From positions 512,001 through 576,000 of the forward strand of contig CAVVJT010000004.1 in assembly GCA_963748625.1 (NCBI GenBank): 64,000 bases of DNA. The letters run 5' to 3'. This document shows, one piece after another, positions 37,758 to 47,634 of the stretch. Source of the DNA: an uncultured Chloroflexia bacterium (lineage in GTDB: Bacteria; Chloroflexota; Limnocylindria; Limnocylindrales; CSP1-4). Each line of letters starts with the position of its first letter. Positions within the stretch are counted from its first letter, which is position 1. The position numbers were made by a program, and so were the translations under genes. The notes beneath the pieces are model-generated. The model made no database searches and was not told where the DNA came from. It worked only from the letters and a program-made list of their open reading frames with translations.

Positions 37758-38363
37758 ATGCTCGAGTACCAGCCAGGCACCGCGCTCATCGTGGTCGACG
37801 TCCAGAACGACTTCGCCGACCCGAAGGGGAGCCTTGCCGTCGGCGGTGCGGGTCCCATCATCGGGGTGATCAACCGCGAGGTGGCGCGGGCGCTGGCCGG
37901 ACGCGCCTTCGTCGTCTGCAGCCAGGACTGGCACCCGCACCACACGCCGCACTTCAAGCGCGACGGCGGGATCTGGCCCAACCACTGCGTGGTGGACACG
38001 TGGGGCGCCGAGCTTCATCCGGACCTCGATGTGCCCGTGGGCACGGCGATCGTGCGCAAGGGCAGCAACGGCGAGGATGGCTACTCGGCGTTCACCATGC
38101 TCGACAAGCAGACCGGCAGGACGGTGCCCACCATGCTGGAGCCCCTGCTCCAGACAGCGGGGGTGCGGACGGTCGTGATCGTGGGCCTGGCCACCGACTA
38201 CTGCGTCCGACACACCGCGCTCGATGCCATCCGGCTCGGCTTTGCGACCATCGTGCTCACGGACGGCATCGCCGCCGTGGACCTGGCGCCGGGCGACGGC
38301 GCGAAAGCACTCGCCGAGCTCCATGCCGCGGGTGCCACCCTCCTCACCTCCCAAGGCTCCTGA
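37758..38363 (+). CDS. pncA: Nicotinamidase/pyrazinamidase
   Basis: VDVQNDF, QDWHP, WPNHCV, RKG...YSAF, GLATDYCV. Confidence 0.88.
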   Translation: MLEYQPGTALIVVDVQNDFADPKGSLAVGGAGPIIGVINREVARALAGRAFVVCSQDWHPHHTPHFKRDGGIWPNHCVVDTWGAELHPDLDVPVGTAIVRKGSNGEDGYSAFTMLDKQTGRTVPTMLEPLLQTAGVRTVVIVGLATDYCVRHTALDAIRLGFATIVLTDGIAAVDLAPGDGAKALAELHAAGATLLTSQGS

Positions 38364-38373
38364 GGCTCCAACG

Positions 38374-38922
38374 ATGACCCGTCTGTTCACCCGCCTTGCC
38401 CTGTTCGCCGCGCTCGTCGCCGTCAAGGCGGTTGTCTGGGACCGGCTCATCGGGCTGTGGCGTGCCGGTGAGGGGCCCGCGCCGCTGCGCATGCTGGAGG
38501 TGATCGACGCGCCGGTGGACCGTGTCTGGGCGGTGGCCACGGACATCCCGCTCCAGGTGGAGTGGATGCGCGAGATGAAGAGCGTCACCATCACCACGCC
38601 GGGTCCCGTGCGCGTGGGCACGACGGGTGAGGCGACGGTACGCATCATGGGGATCTCCGTCACCGACCCGGTCGAGGTGACGGTGGTGGATCCGCCGCAC
38701 ACCTATGCGATCCGCCACCACGGCCTGTTCCAGGGCGGTGGGGTGATCACGCTCGAAGCCGGTGCCGACGGGACCACGACGGTGGTCCGCTGGGCGGAAA
38801 CCCTCATCCCGCCGTGCCTGCCGCACTTGCTCGGCATCCTGCAGGCTCCGATCCTGCAGCGGATCTTCCAGGACGACCTGCGCAGCCTCAAGCGCCTGGT
38901 CGAGACCGGCTCCGCCGACTGA
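38374..38922 (+). CDS. SRPBCC/polyketide cyclase-like protein with an N-terminal hydrophobic segment
   Basis: IDAPVDRVWAVATD...EWM...C-terminal DDLRSLKRLVE helix. Confidence 0.8.
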   Translation: MTRLFTRLALFAALVAVKAVVWDRLIGLWRAGEGPAPLRMLEVIDAPVDRVWAVATDIPLQVEWMREMKSVTITTPGPVRVGTTGEATVRIMGISVTDPVEVTVVDPPHTYAIRHHGLFQGGGVITLEAGADGTTTVVRWAETLIPPCLPHLLGILQAPILQRIFQDDLRSLKRLVETGSAD

Positions 38923-39005
38923 CAACCCGGCCTTGCCGCCCGGCCGGGCCCGGCCCACCGATTCCTGGCCGAACCCGGCCCGGCCCACCCGCACGCGAGC
39001 GTCTC

Positions 39006-39899
39006 ATGCAGCTGCACCTCGTCGACGCCACCTACGAGCTCTTTCGGGCCCATTTCTCGCCGCGCCCGCCGGTCCGCGGCCGGGACGGGATGCTCCTCTC
39101 GGGCGTCAGCGGCCTGGTGGAACAGTTGCTCGTGCTGCTGCGCGAGCAGGGTGCCACCCACATCGGGTGCGCGCACGACCGCGTGATCGAGTCCTTCCGC
39201 AACGACCTGTACCCGGGCTACAAGACGGGCGAGGGCGTTGACCCGGAGCTGCTGCTCCAGTTCCCCATCGCCGAGGCGGCCATCGAGGCGTTGGGGCTGG
39301 TGCTCTGGCCGATGGTCGAGTTCGAGGCGGACGATGCGATCGCCGCCGCGGCCGATCGGTTCGCCGCCGACCCGCGAGTCGAGCGGATCCTGATCTGCAC
39401 GCCTGACAAGGACATGGCCCAGTGCGTGCGCGGCGAGCGCGTCGTGTTGTGGGACCGCCGGCGCGACGCCATCTACGACGATGCGGGCGTGCGCGCGAAG
39501 TGGGGCGTGCCCCCGGCGAGTGTGGCGGACCGGCTCGCCCTGGTGGGCGACGCGGCCGACGGGTTCCCGGGTCTCCCGGGCTGGGGCGACAAGTCCGCGT
39601 CAGCGGTGCTGGCGCGGTACGGGACGCTCGAGGCGATCCCGGCCGATTCGGGCGCTTGGGACGTGCCCGTCCGCGGGGCGCCGGCGCTTGCGGCAACGCT
39701 CCGCGACCGGATGGCCGACGCGCTGCTCTTCCGGGACCTCGCCCGGCTCCGCACGGCGGCGGATGGCGTGCCGATCCCGCAGGTGGACGTGGACGAACTG
39801 CGCTGGCCGGGCGCGGACCGGGAGCGCTGGACCGCGTTCTGCGACCGGTGGGGCCTGCCCCGGCTGCGCGACCGGCCGCACCGCTGGCGTGACGGCTGA
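39006..39899 (+). CDS. Stand-alone 5'-3' exonuclease / flap endonuclease
   Basis: HLVDATYELFRAHF, SFRNDLYPGYK, FEADDAI, PDKDMAQ, LVGDAADGFPGLPGWGDKSA (H3TH). Confidence 0.92.
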   Translation: MQLHLVDATYELFRAHFSPRPPVRGRDGMLLSGVSGLVEQLLVLLREQGATHIGCAHDRVIESFRNDLYPGYKTGEGVDPELLLQFPIAEAAIEALGLVLWPMVEFEADDAIAAAADRFAADPRVERILICTPDKDMAQCVRGERVVLWDRRRDAIYDDAGVRAKWGVPPASVADRLALVGDAADGFPGLPGWGDKSASAVLARYGTLEAIPADSGAWDVPVRGAPALAATLRDRMADALLFRDLARLRTAADGVPIPQVDVDELRWPGADRERWTAFCDRWGLPRLRDRPHRWRDG

Positions 39900-39943
39900 T
39901 CGCGGCCGCCTCCGGCGCCCGTCGTCGTCCGGCGCCCCGGGCG

Positions 39944-40747
39944 TCAGGAGCGCGCGGCCTCGCGTGATGCGCGGACCAGCTCCGCGTGATGGGCGGCCGG
40001 CGCCGCCACGATCCCGAACGTCTGCGTGGACTGGTCCACGTCGAACCACGGGCCGCCGTTCGCGTCGGTCACGAGCGCACCTGCTCGCTCGGCGATGAGA
40101 CCCGCCGCCGCGATGTCCCAGGCGGACATCCCCGCCGACTGCAGGAACGCGTCGAACCGTCCCTTGCCCACGTAGGAGAGGGCCAGCGCCGCCGACCCGG
40201 TGTTCCGCGACGCCCGAACGAGCTTGCGGACCGCCCTGGCCCGCGTCGCCACGGCCCGCCCGCCGAGCGCCATCGACACCACGTAGTCCAACGCGCGCTC
40301 CTTGCGCGACGCATGGATCTCGCGCTCGCCGAGGTACGCGGGACCGTCGGCGGTGGCCCAGAACGTCTCGTTCCGCATCGGATCGTGCACCGCGCCGACG
40401 GCCGGACGGCCATCGACCACCAGCGCGACCGACACGCAGAAGTACGGAATCCCGTTCGCGTAGTTGATCGTGCCGTCGAGCGGGTCCACGATCCAGGTGC
40501 GGCCGTGCGCGAGGGAGCGATCCACTCCACCGGCATGGGCTCCGGACTCCTCGGCGAGGATCCCGTCGCCCGGGAACGTCTCGCGGATCGCGCCCATGAT
40601 CAGCGCCTCGGACAGGTGGTCCACCTCGGTGACCACGTCCCGGGCGGACTTGTGGTCGATCACCTCCACCCGCTCGTACCGTTCGAGCAGGATCTGCCCG
40701 GCCGCCTCGGCGATCTCGCGGGCGAAGGCGGCGTCGCGGGTCCACAT
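39944..40747 (-). CDS. Inositol monophosphatase family protein
   Basis: VTEVD, AEES, WIVDPLDGTINY, GSAA, WDIAAAGLI. Confidence 0.92.
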   Translation of the reverse strand: MWTRDAAFAREIAEAAGQILLERYERVEVIDHKSARDVVTEVDHLSEALIMGAIRETFPGDGILAEESGAHAGGVDRSLAHGRTWIVDPLDGTINYANGIPYFCVSVALVVDGRPAVGAVHDPMRNETFWATADGPAYLGEREIHASRKERALDYVVSMALGGRAVATRARAVRKLVRASRNTGSAALALSYVGKGRFDAFLQSAGMSAWDIAAAGLIAERAGALVTDANGGPWFDVDQSTQTFGIVAAPAAHHAELVRASREAARS

Positions 40748-40752
40748 CGGCG

Positions 40753-41604
40753 CTAGAGACCCGTCTCGAACAGGCGGATGTCGGCGGGTCCGGCGGCGTG
40801 GCCGTCGCCCCGGGTGTGCTTGAGCGCGTCGCGGGCGCCCAGGGCGTCAAGGTCGGCCGGGAAGCGCCCGATCATGTCCAGCACCACCTTGCGGATGCGG
40901 TCCGCGTTCTGCTGGAACACCTCGAGCACATCGTGCGCGGTGACGGCGCTCGTCCCCTCGAGGACACCCGCGTCGTAGTCCGTGATCAGCGAGATGTTCA
41001 CGACCGCCATGCCCAGCTCCCGGCACAGGTAGGCCTCCGGGTACTGGGTCATGTTGATGACCTCCCAGCCGGCGTCGCTGAACCACTTGCTCTCGGACTT
41101 GGTGGAGAAGCGCGGACCCTGGATCACCACCACCGTGCCGCCGTCGTGGACGGTGATGCCGTGCTCGCGGATGACGTCGAGCGCGATCCCGCGGAGGGTG
41201 GGGTCGTAGATCTCGGCCGACGAGACGTGGGACACGATCGGGCCGTCGAAGAAGGTGTCGGCGCGGCCGCTGGTCCTATCGACGAACTGGTCGGCCACCA
41301 CGAAGTGCCCGGGCTCCACGGCCAGCTGCAGCGACCCAGCTGCGCACGGGCTGATGACGGCCTTGACGCCCAGCGAGCGCATCGCCCACACGTTGGCCCG
41401 GTAGTTGACCTTGTGCGGCGGGATCGAGTGGCTGCGGCCGTGGCGGGGCAGGAACGCGACCCTGCGCCCGGCCACCGTGGCCAGGAAGAAGGCGTCCGAC
41501 GGCGGGCCGTAGGGTGTGTCGATCTTCGCCTCGCGCACATCCTGGAGCAGCGAGTAGAACCCCGATCCCCCGAAGACCCCGATCTCCGCCGTGTCTGCCG
41601 CCAT
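40753..41604 (-). CDS. mtnP: S-methyl-5'-thioadenosine phosphorylase
   Basis: IGVFGGSGFY, TPYGPPSD, FLPRHG, NYRAN, GPRFSTKSES, NMTQYPEA, TDYD. Confidence 0.9.
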   Translation of the reverse strand: MAADTAEIGVFGGSGFYSLLQDVREAKIDTPYGPPSDAFFLATVAGRRVAFLPRHGRSHSIPPHKVNYRANVWAMRSLGVKAVISPCAAGSLQLAVEPGHFVVADQFVDRTSGRADTFFDGPIVSHVSSAEIYDPTLRGIALDVIREHGITVHDGGTVVVIQGPRFSTKSESKWFSDAGWEVINMTQYPEAYLCRELGMAVVNISLITDYDAGVLEGTSAVTAHDVLEVFQQNADRIRKVVLDMIGRFPADLDALGARDALKHTRGDGHAAGPADIRLFETGL

Positions 41605-41702
41605 GCCTGACCTCCTGCGTGTCCGTCCCCGCATTCTCGCATCCGCGATACTGCACGCGCGATCCCGGATCAACCGACCCTCGCCCCCAGGGAGCCCGAC
41701 CC

Positions 41703-42086
41703 ATGACCGACACCTCCGGCTGGAGTCCCGCCGGCATCGTCTCGCTCATCGCCATCGTCGCCGGCATCGTGCTGCTCGTCGTGTACGCCGTGCGGCGCGG
41801 CATGTTCGGCCGCGAGCTCGACGGCACCGACGAGGAGGCTGCCGCCCAGGCCGCCGACGATCCGACGGCTCCCCGGGCGCCCGCACCTGCACGCCGTGTC
41901 AAGGCAGGCCGACCGCTGGGCATCCTCGGCGCCGTGCTCCTTGTCATCGGCCTCGCGCTCGGGATCATGGTCGCGACCGGCACCTGGGGCTCCGGTGGCG
42001 GGACCACGCCGCCGGCCGGGACGTCGGGCCAGGACGACTGCGCAGCCGGCTGGGAAGGCTGCCCGAAGGCCACCCCGCAGCAGTGA
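41703..42086 (+). CDS. Small two-TM hypothetical membrane protein
   Basis: GGAG RBS, two hydrophobic segments, C-terminal CAAGWEGCP. Confidence 0.65.
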   Translation: MTDTSGWSPAGIVSLIAIVAGIVLLVVYAVRRGMFGRELDGTDEEAAAQAADDPTAPRAPAPARRVKAGRPLGILGAVLLVIGLALGIMVATGTWGSGGGTTPPAGTSGQDDCAAGWEGCPKATPQQ

Positions 42087-42134
42087 CCGTCCGGGGCGCC
42101 ACCCCGCGGCCGTGAGGCCCGATACCATCGGCCC

Positions 42135-42566
42135 ATGCCTGACACCCTCGCCCTCACCGACGCCCAGCGCGCCTTCCTCGCGGCCCCCAAGCGCTTCGCC
42201 GCGCTCGCCACCACCGACGAGGACGGCACTCCCCGCCAGACCGTTGTCTGGTACCGCCTTCTCGACGACGGGCGCATCCTTGTGAACGGGCGCCTGCCGC
42301 GCCGCTGGTGCGCCAATCTGGATCGGACCGGGCGTGCAGCCATCGCGATTCAGGACGGCACCGACGGCTACCGGTGGCTGGGCCTCGCGTGCGCGCTGGA
42401 CGAGCGCCCGGAGGACCTGGACGCGGCCCGCGACGACATCGTCGGCCTGGCGAACCTCTACCACGACGGCCACCCCGATCCGGGACTTGTCGCCGCGTTC
42501 CGCTCGCAGCCCCGGATCACGTACATCCTCACAGTCAGCGCCATCCACGACCACCTCGCGGACTAG
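42135..42566 (+). CDS. PPOX-class (split beta-barrel) putative F420-dependent oxidoreductase
   Basis: AALATTDEDGTPRQTVVWY...NLDRTGR, lying directly upstream of cofD. Confidence 0.8.
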   Translation: MPDTLALTDAQRAFLAAPKRFAALATTDEDGTPRQTVVWYRLLDDGRILVNGRLPRRWCANLDRTGRAAIAIQDGTDGYRWLGLACALDERPEDLDAARDDIVGLANLYHDGHPDPGLVAAFRSQPRITYILTVSAIHDHLAD

Positions 42567-42570
42567 GCGC

Positions 42571-43524
42571 GTGACCGGGAGCGGGCCGCGGGTCGTGGCG
42601 CTCGCGGGCGGCGTGGGCGGGGCCAAGCTGGCCGAGGGCCTCCAGGCGCACCTCGGCGCCCGCCTGGCCGTCGTCGTCAACACCGGGGATGACTGCGTCC
42701 GCCATGGCCTCCTCGTCATGCCCGACCACGACACCGTCCTGTACAACCTCGCGGGCATCGAGCAGACCGGCCTGGGCTGGGGCATCGAGGGTGACACCTT
42801 CGCCGTGATGGACCAGTTGGGCGCATACGGCGAGGAGACGTGGTTCCGGCTGGGCGACCGCGACCTCGCGCTGCACGCGGTGCGGACCGCACGCCTGCGG
42901 GCGGGCCTGCGCCTGACCGAGGTCTGCGTGCAGGTCCAGGAGGCGCTGGGCGTCGCCGCCCGGATCCTGCCCATGGCCGACTCCGTCGTGGCAACCGAGG
43001 TCCGCACGGACGACGGCTGGCTCGAGTTCCAGGACTACTTCGTCCGCCAGCGCCAGGCGCCCGAGGTGCGCGAGCTGCGGTTCGCGGGCGCGGACGCCGC
43101 CGAACCCACGCCGGAGGTCCTCGAGGCCCTCGACCTGGCCGACGCGGTGGTCATCGCCCCGTCCAACCCGCTCGTCTCGATCGCGCCGATCCTCGCGGTG
43201 CCCGGGATGCGGGATGCCATTCTCGCCGCCCGGGAGCGGGGCGCGCCCGTCATCGCTGTGAGCCCGATCATCGGCGGGCGCGCCCTCAAGGGCCCCGCAG
43301 ACCGGATGCTCGCAAGCCTTGGCTATGACGCGACCGCCGTGGGCGTGGCGCGCCTGTACGCGGGGCTGTGCGACATCCTCGTGCTCGACCGGGAGGACGT
43401 TGCGCTCGTGACCGACGTGGAGGCGCTCGGGATGCGGGCGCTCGTCACCGACACGATCATGACCGACGATGCCGCCCGCGCCCGACTCGCCGCGGAGGTG
43501 CTGGCCGGCGCCGGCCTCGCCTGA
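42571..43524 (+). CDS. cofD: 2-phospho-L-lactate/PEP transferase (F420 biosynthesis, CofD/FbiA)
   Basis: LAGGVGGAKL, VNTGDD, PDHDTVLYNL, WFRLGDRDLALH, FQDYFV, PSNPLVSI, KGPADRML. Confidence 0.93.
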   Translation: MTGSGPRVVALAGGVGGAKLAEGLQAHLGARLAVVVNTGDDCVRHGLLVMPDHDTVLYNLAGIEQTGLGWGIEGDTFAVMDQLGAYGEETWFRLGDRDLALHAVRTARLRAGLRLTEVCVQVQEALGVAARILPMADSVVATEVRTDDGWLEFQDYFVRQRQAPEVRELRFAGADAAEPTPEVLEALDLADAVVIAPSNPLVSIAPILAVPGMRDAILAARERGAPVIAVSPIIGGRALKGPADRMLASLGYDATAVGVARLYAGLCDILVLDREDVALVTDVEALGMRALVTDTIMTDDAARARLAAEVLAGAGLA

Positions 43525-43535
43525 CCAAGCAGGCC

Positions 43536-44528
43536 TCAGGCCGCCTTCGATCCCGGTGCCGCCTTCGTCGTGCCGGCGGCCGTCGCCGCACGCTCCCGCC
43601 ACCAGGCCACGGTCGTCGCCAACGCCTCGTCGAACGGGGTCCGCTCGAACGGACCGAATGCCGCCTCGAACGCCGACCAGTCAGACACGAACGGCAGCGT
43701 CCACTGGTACAGGACGACATTCACCTCGCGGACCATCGGCACGAACAGCCCGACCAACTTCATCATCGCCGGCCCGTCCACGCGCGCCCGCGGCGGCACG
43801 CCGGCCACCACGCACGCCCGCTCGATGAAGGCTCGGACCGTCATCGGGTCCATCACCGGGAGGTGCCACGCCCGCCCGGCGGCCGCGTCACGGTCGCCCA
43901 GGGCCACCATCGCCCGCGCGAGATCCGGCAGGTACGAGAGCGAGTGCGGCTGGTCGATGGAGCCAGCCCCGGCTGCCGTCTTCCCGGCCACGATCGACCC
44001 GAACACCCGCTCCCCTGCCCCGGTGTTCTCGCCCCACGGACCGAAGTAGTCCGACGACCGCCCGATGACCACCTCGAGCTCCCCGCGCTCATGCCGGGCG
44101 AGGAGGTCGGCGGCAAGCCGGATGCGGAGCGCGCCCTTGCGGTCGGTCGCGCGCTGCGGGGTGTCCTCGCGCATCGGCGAGGCGCCCGGACCGTACATGT
44201 AGAGATTGTCCGCGAAGACGAGCCGGGCGCCGGCGCCCGCCACGGCATCCCCGACCGACGCGTTGAGCCGCTCGAAGTTGCCGGCCCAGGCCCCGTACGC
44301 GGGCTGTGCGGCATGGAAGACAACCGCAGCACCGGCAACGGCCCGCACAGCCTCGGCGGGGTCGTACAGGTCGGCGCGAACGTGCTCCACCCCTGCCGGC
44401 AGCGTGGGAACCGAACCGCGGCTCACTGCCCGCACCCTGCGACCCTGCTGCACCAGCTCGTCCACGATCGACCGGCCCGTCCCGCCCGACGCCCCGAGCA
44501 CCACCTGTAGTCCGTCCTTGCGCTCCAT
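43536..44528 (-). CDS. NAD-dependent epimerase/dehydratase (atypical SDR)
   Basis: VLGASGGTG, FADNLYMYG, KGALR, RSSDYFGP, YLPDLARA. Confidence 0.88.
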   Translation of the reverse strand: MERKDGLQVVLGASGGTGRSIVDELVQQGRRVRAVSRGSVPTLPAGVEHVRADLYDPAEAVRAVAGAAVVFHAAQPAYGAWAGNFERLNASVGDAVAGAGARLVFADNLYMYGPGASPMREDTPQRATDRKGALRIRLAADLLARHERGELEVVIGRSSDYFGPWGENTGAGERVFGSIVAGKTAAGAGSIDQPHSLSYLPDLARAMVALGDRDAAAGRAWHLPVMDPMTVRAFIERACVVAGVPPRARVDGPAMMKLVGLFVPMVREVNVVLYQWTLPFVSDWSAFEAAFGPFERTPFDEALATTVAWWRERAATAAGTTKAAPGSKAA

Positions 44529-44569
44529 CGATCCCGTCCTCCGGCCGTTCCGGCCCGCTCCGCTCTTGC

Positions 44570-44641
44570 TGAATGAATGTTCATTTACTACACTGCCGCG
44601 GGACAGGGCGGCTGTCAAGACCTAAAATGAACGGACTTTCA
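44570..44641. promoter_or_regulatory. Two TGAA-N6-TTCA palindromes, likely TetR operators
   Basis: TGAATGAATGTTCA (44570-44583) and TGAACGGACTTTCA (44628-44641) between the divergent SDR and tetR genes. Confidence 0.6.
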
Positions 44642-44655
44642 GCAAAGGAGATGCG

Positions 44656-45285
44656 ATGCCCAGGCGACCCGCGGCCCACGCCGAGGCCATGCGCGAGCGC
44701 ATCCTCGAGGGTGGCCGGCGTGCCTTCATCGCGGGCGGCTTCCGCGGCACGAGCGTCCCGTCGATCGCCGCCGAAGCGGGCGTGTCGGTCGGCCTGATCT
44801 ACCGCTACTTCCCGAGCAAGGAGGAGCTGTTCCTCGAGCTCTGCATCTCGGGGACGCCATCCGAGCTCGACGAGCTCGCTGAGGCGATCGCCCCGATCCC
44901 GGATCCGGCCGAGCGGCTCACGGTGGCCATCGACTCCTACTTCGACGCCATGGGGGCCGCCATCGGCGCTCCTCTCGTGCTCCAGGCCCTCGCCGCCGCC
45001 CCGTCCGACGAGCGCATCCGGGCCTCACTCCGTCGTCGCGGCGACGACCTGCGCGGCTTCGGCGTCCGGTTCGTCCGCGACGCGATCGGTCGCGGCGAGC
45101 TGGATCCCACCACCGACGTGGACGAGCTCGCCGCCGCGACGACCATGCTGCTCGACGGCGCCCTCGTGGCCTTCGCGGAGCAGGGCGAGGCGCTGGACCG
45201 CACGGCCCTCCGGGACCGGATCGTGCGCACGGTGGTGGCGGCGTCCGGCCTGCGGCCGGCCGGTCTGCACCGCTCTGACGCCTGA
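44656..45285 (+). CDS. TetR/AcrR family transcriptional regulator
   Basis: RERILEGG...GFRGTSV..IAAEAGVSVGLIYRYFPSKEELF helix-turn-helix. Confidence 0.92.
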   Translation: MPRRPAAHAEAMRERILEGGRRAFIAGGFRGTSVPSIAAEAGVSVGLIYRYFPSKEELFLELCISGTPSELDELAEAIAPIPDPAERLTVAIDSYFDAMGAAIGAPLVLQALAAAPSDERIRASLRRRGDDLRGFGVRFVRDAIGRGELDPTTDVDELAAATTMLLDGALVAFAEQGEALDRTALRDRIVRTVVAASGLRPAGLHRSDA

Positions 45286-45302
45286 CGCGCTACGCTCGCG
45301 CC

Positions 45303-46199
45303 ATGAAGGTCGGCCTGCAGATCAGCTCGTTCACCTGGCCCGGCGGCGACGCCGCCATCGGCCCCACCCTGGCCCGCATCGTGCGCGATGCGGACGAGGC
45401 CGGGTTCGACTCCATCTGGGTGATGGACCACTTCTTCCAGATCCGGGGCGTCGGACGGCCCGAGGAGCCGATGCTCGAGGGCTGGACGGCACTCGGCTAC
45501 ATGGCGGCGCTCACGCAGCGGGCGCGCCTGGGCCTCATGGTCGGCGGCGTGCACTACCGCCAGGCGGGGCTGTGGGCGAAGGCCGCGACGACACTGGACG
45601 TGCTCTCGGGCGGGCGTGCGTGGCTGGGCATCGGTGCCGCGTGGAACGAGGACGAGAGCCGGGGCCTCGGTTTCCCCTTCCCGCCCCTGCGCGAGCGCTT
45701 CGAGATGCTCGAGGAGACCCTGCAGATCACGCTGGGGATGTGGGAGGGCGAGCGCGGTTCGGGCGCGGCGTTCGACGGACGCCACTACCAGGCGATGCGC
45801 CTCCTCAACTCCCCGCAGGCGCTCAGCCGGCCACACCCCCCGATCATGATCGGCGGCGGTGGCGAGCAGAAGACGCTACGCCTGGTGGCCCAGTACGGCG
45901 ACGCGTGCAACGTCTTCGGCGGAGCGGACATCCTGCGCCACAAGTACGAGGTACTGCGCGGCCACTGCGACGCGCTCGGCCGCGACTACGACAGCATCGA
46001 GCGGTCCACGCTCCAGAGCGTCCGTCTCGCCCACGGCGAACGGGATGGCGACACGCCCGGCAAGGTCGTCGGCGTGCTCGGCCACCTCGCGCGAGCGGGC
46101 GCCCAGCACGTGATCCTGGGCGTCCGCGACATCCACGAGCCCGGGGTGATGGAGATCATGGCCAGGGACGTGGTGCCGGCCCTCCACGCGTTCGGGTGA
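45303..46199 (+). CDS. LLM-class F420-dependent oxidoreductase
   Basis: GFDSIWVMDHFFQI, MLEGWT, TLDVLSGGR..LGIGAAW, IMIGGGGEQKTLRLVAQYGDACN. Confidence 0.9.
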   Translation: MKVGLQISSFTWPGGDAAIGPTLARIVRDADEAGFDSIWVMDHFFQIRGVGRPEEPMLEGWTALGYMAALTQRARLGLMVGGVHYRQAGLWAKAATTLDVLSGGRAWLGIGAAWNEDESRGLGFPFPPLRERFEMLEETLQITLGMWEGERGSGAAFDGRHYQAMRLLNSPQALSRPHPPIMIGGGGEQKTLRLVAQYGDACNVFGGADILRHKYEVLRGHCDALGRDYDSIERSTLQSVRLAHGERDGDTPGKVVGVLGHLARAGAQHVILGVRDIHEPGVMEIMARDVVPALHAFG

Positions 46200-46861
46200 G
46201 GACGACGGCCATCCGTCCCGCCAGCGTCGTCATTCCGGTGCGCACGCTCGACGGCGGCAAGTCCCGGCTGGGCGCCGTCCTGGACGCCGAGGAGCGTTAC
46301 GAGCTGGTCGCGATGCTCCTGCGCGAGATCACGGCCACCGCGCTGGCAACGCCCGGCCTGGCCGAGGTGCTGGTCGTCTCGCCTGATCCGGACGTGCTCG
46401 CGATCGCCATCGACGCCGGTGCGCGCGCCATCCCCCAGACATCGCGCGGCCTCAACCCGGCGCTGGTGGAGGCACGTGCCGAGGTCACCAGCAGCCGCAT
46501 GCTCATCGTGCCCGGCGACCTGTCCGCCGTCACCCCCGACGACCTCGCGTCGATGCTCGCCGCCGGTGACGCCGCGGGCAGCCCGTCCGTCGTCCTCGCC
46601 CCCGACCGCCACGGCCGCGGCACCAACGCCCTCCTGCTGGACCCGCCCGACGTCATCGACCCGGCGTTCGGTGGCGGCTCCCGCGAGGGCCACGCCTGGC
46701 TCGCCCGGTGCGCGGGAATCCCGTACGTGGAGATCACCGGCCGCCCGGGTCTCGAGCACGACCTCGACATGCCCGAGGACCTGCTCCTGGCCGAAGCCCT
46801 CCGGGGCGAGAGATCGACGAGCGAGACACCGCGAGCCGAGGAGACCACGAGTGTCGATTGA
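46196..46861 (+). CDS. cofC: 2-phospho-L-lactate/PEP guanylyltransferase (CofC/FbiD)
   Basis: VIPVR...GKSRL, GLNPAL, VPGDL, APDRHGRGTNAL, DLDMPEDL. GTG overlaps the upstream TGA. Confidence 0.9.
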   Translation: MRTTAIRPASVVIPVRTLDGGKSRLGAVLDAEERYELVAMLLREITATALATPGLAEVLVVSPDPDVLAIAIDAGARAIPQTSRGLNPALVEARAEVTSSRMLIVPGDLSAVTPDDLASMLAAGDAAGSPSVVLAPDRHGRGTNALLLDPPDVIDPAFGGGSREGHAWLARCAGIPYVEITGRPGLEHDLDMPEDLLLAEALRGERSTSETPRAEETTSVD

Positions 46862-47630
46862 ACCCGGCCGCGTCGAGATCACCGCGCTTGCAGGCCTGCC
46901 CGAGATCCGCGAGCTCGACGACCTCGCGACCCTCGTCGGCGACGCGCTCGAGGCCACGCCGGGGCTGCTTCCACTCCAGCCTGGCGACGTCCTCGTCGTC
47001 ACCCAGAAGATCGTGTCCAAGGCCGAGGGCGCCGTCGTGGACCTGCGCACCGTGGAGCCGCGCCCTGAGGCTGTCGAATGGGCGCAGCGCTGGAGCCGCG
47101 ACCCGCGCCAGATCGAGGTGGTCCTCCGCGAGGCGCGCCGCGTCGTGCGCCAGGCCAACGGCGTGCTCATCACCGAGACGCCCCACGGCTTCGTGTGCGC
47201 GAATGGCGGCGTGGACGCGTCCAACGTGGGCCCGGAGAGCGGCGATCTCGTCACCCTGCTGCCCGTGGACCCGGACGCCTCCGCGCGCGCCATCCGCGAC
47301 GCGCTCGCGGCGAGGTTCGACGCCCCGGACCTCGCCGTCATCGTCTCGGACAGCTTCGGCCGGCCCTGGCGCTGGGGCATCACCGACGTCGCTCTCGGCG
47401 TGGCCGGCCTCCACCCGCTCGAGGACCTCCGGGGCTCCGCCGACGCCGACGGGCGCGTGATGCAGTCCACGGTCCGCGCCGTCGCCGACGAGATCGCCTC
47501 GGCCGCGGAGCTCGCGCTGGGCAAGACCGCGGGTCGTCCGGTGGCGCTGGTGCGCGGCGCGAACCCGCCCCTCGGTGACGGCTCGATCAAGGAGCTGCTG
47601 ATCCCGTCGGAGAACGACCTCTTCCGCTGA
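46851..47630 (+). CDS. cofE: Coenzyme F420-0:L-glutamate ligase (single-domain CofE)
   Basis: GLPEI, GDVLVVTQKIVSKAEG, CANGGVDASN, LLPVDPDASA, SDSFGRPWRWG, ADEIASAA, DLFR. Confidence 0.93.
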   Translation: MSIEPGRVEITALAGLPEIRELDDLATLVGDALEATPGLLPLQPGDVLVVTQKIVSKAEGAVVDLRTVEPRPEAVEWAQRWSRDPRQIEVVLREARRVVRQANGVLITETPHGFVCANGGVDASNVGPESGDLVTLLPVDPDASARAIRDALAARFDAPDLAVIVSDSFGRPWRWGITDVALGVAGLHPLEDLRGSADADGRVMQSTVRAVADEIASAAELALGKTAGRPVALVRGANPPLGDGSIKELLIPSENDLFR

Positions 47631-47634
47631 GGCG

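Noticed and set aside
38923-39000. AACCCGGCC / CCGGCCC short repeats before the exonuclease gene
   Set aside because: Short, very GC-rich and low in complexity; not distinguishable from background.
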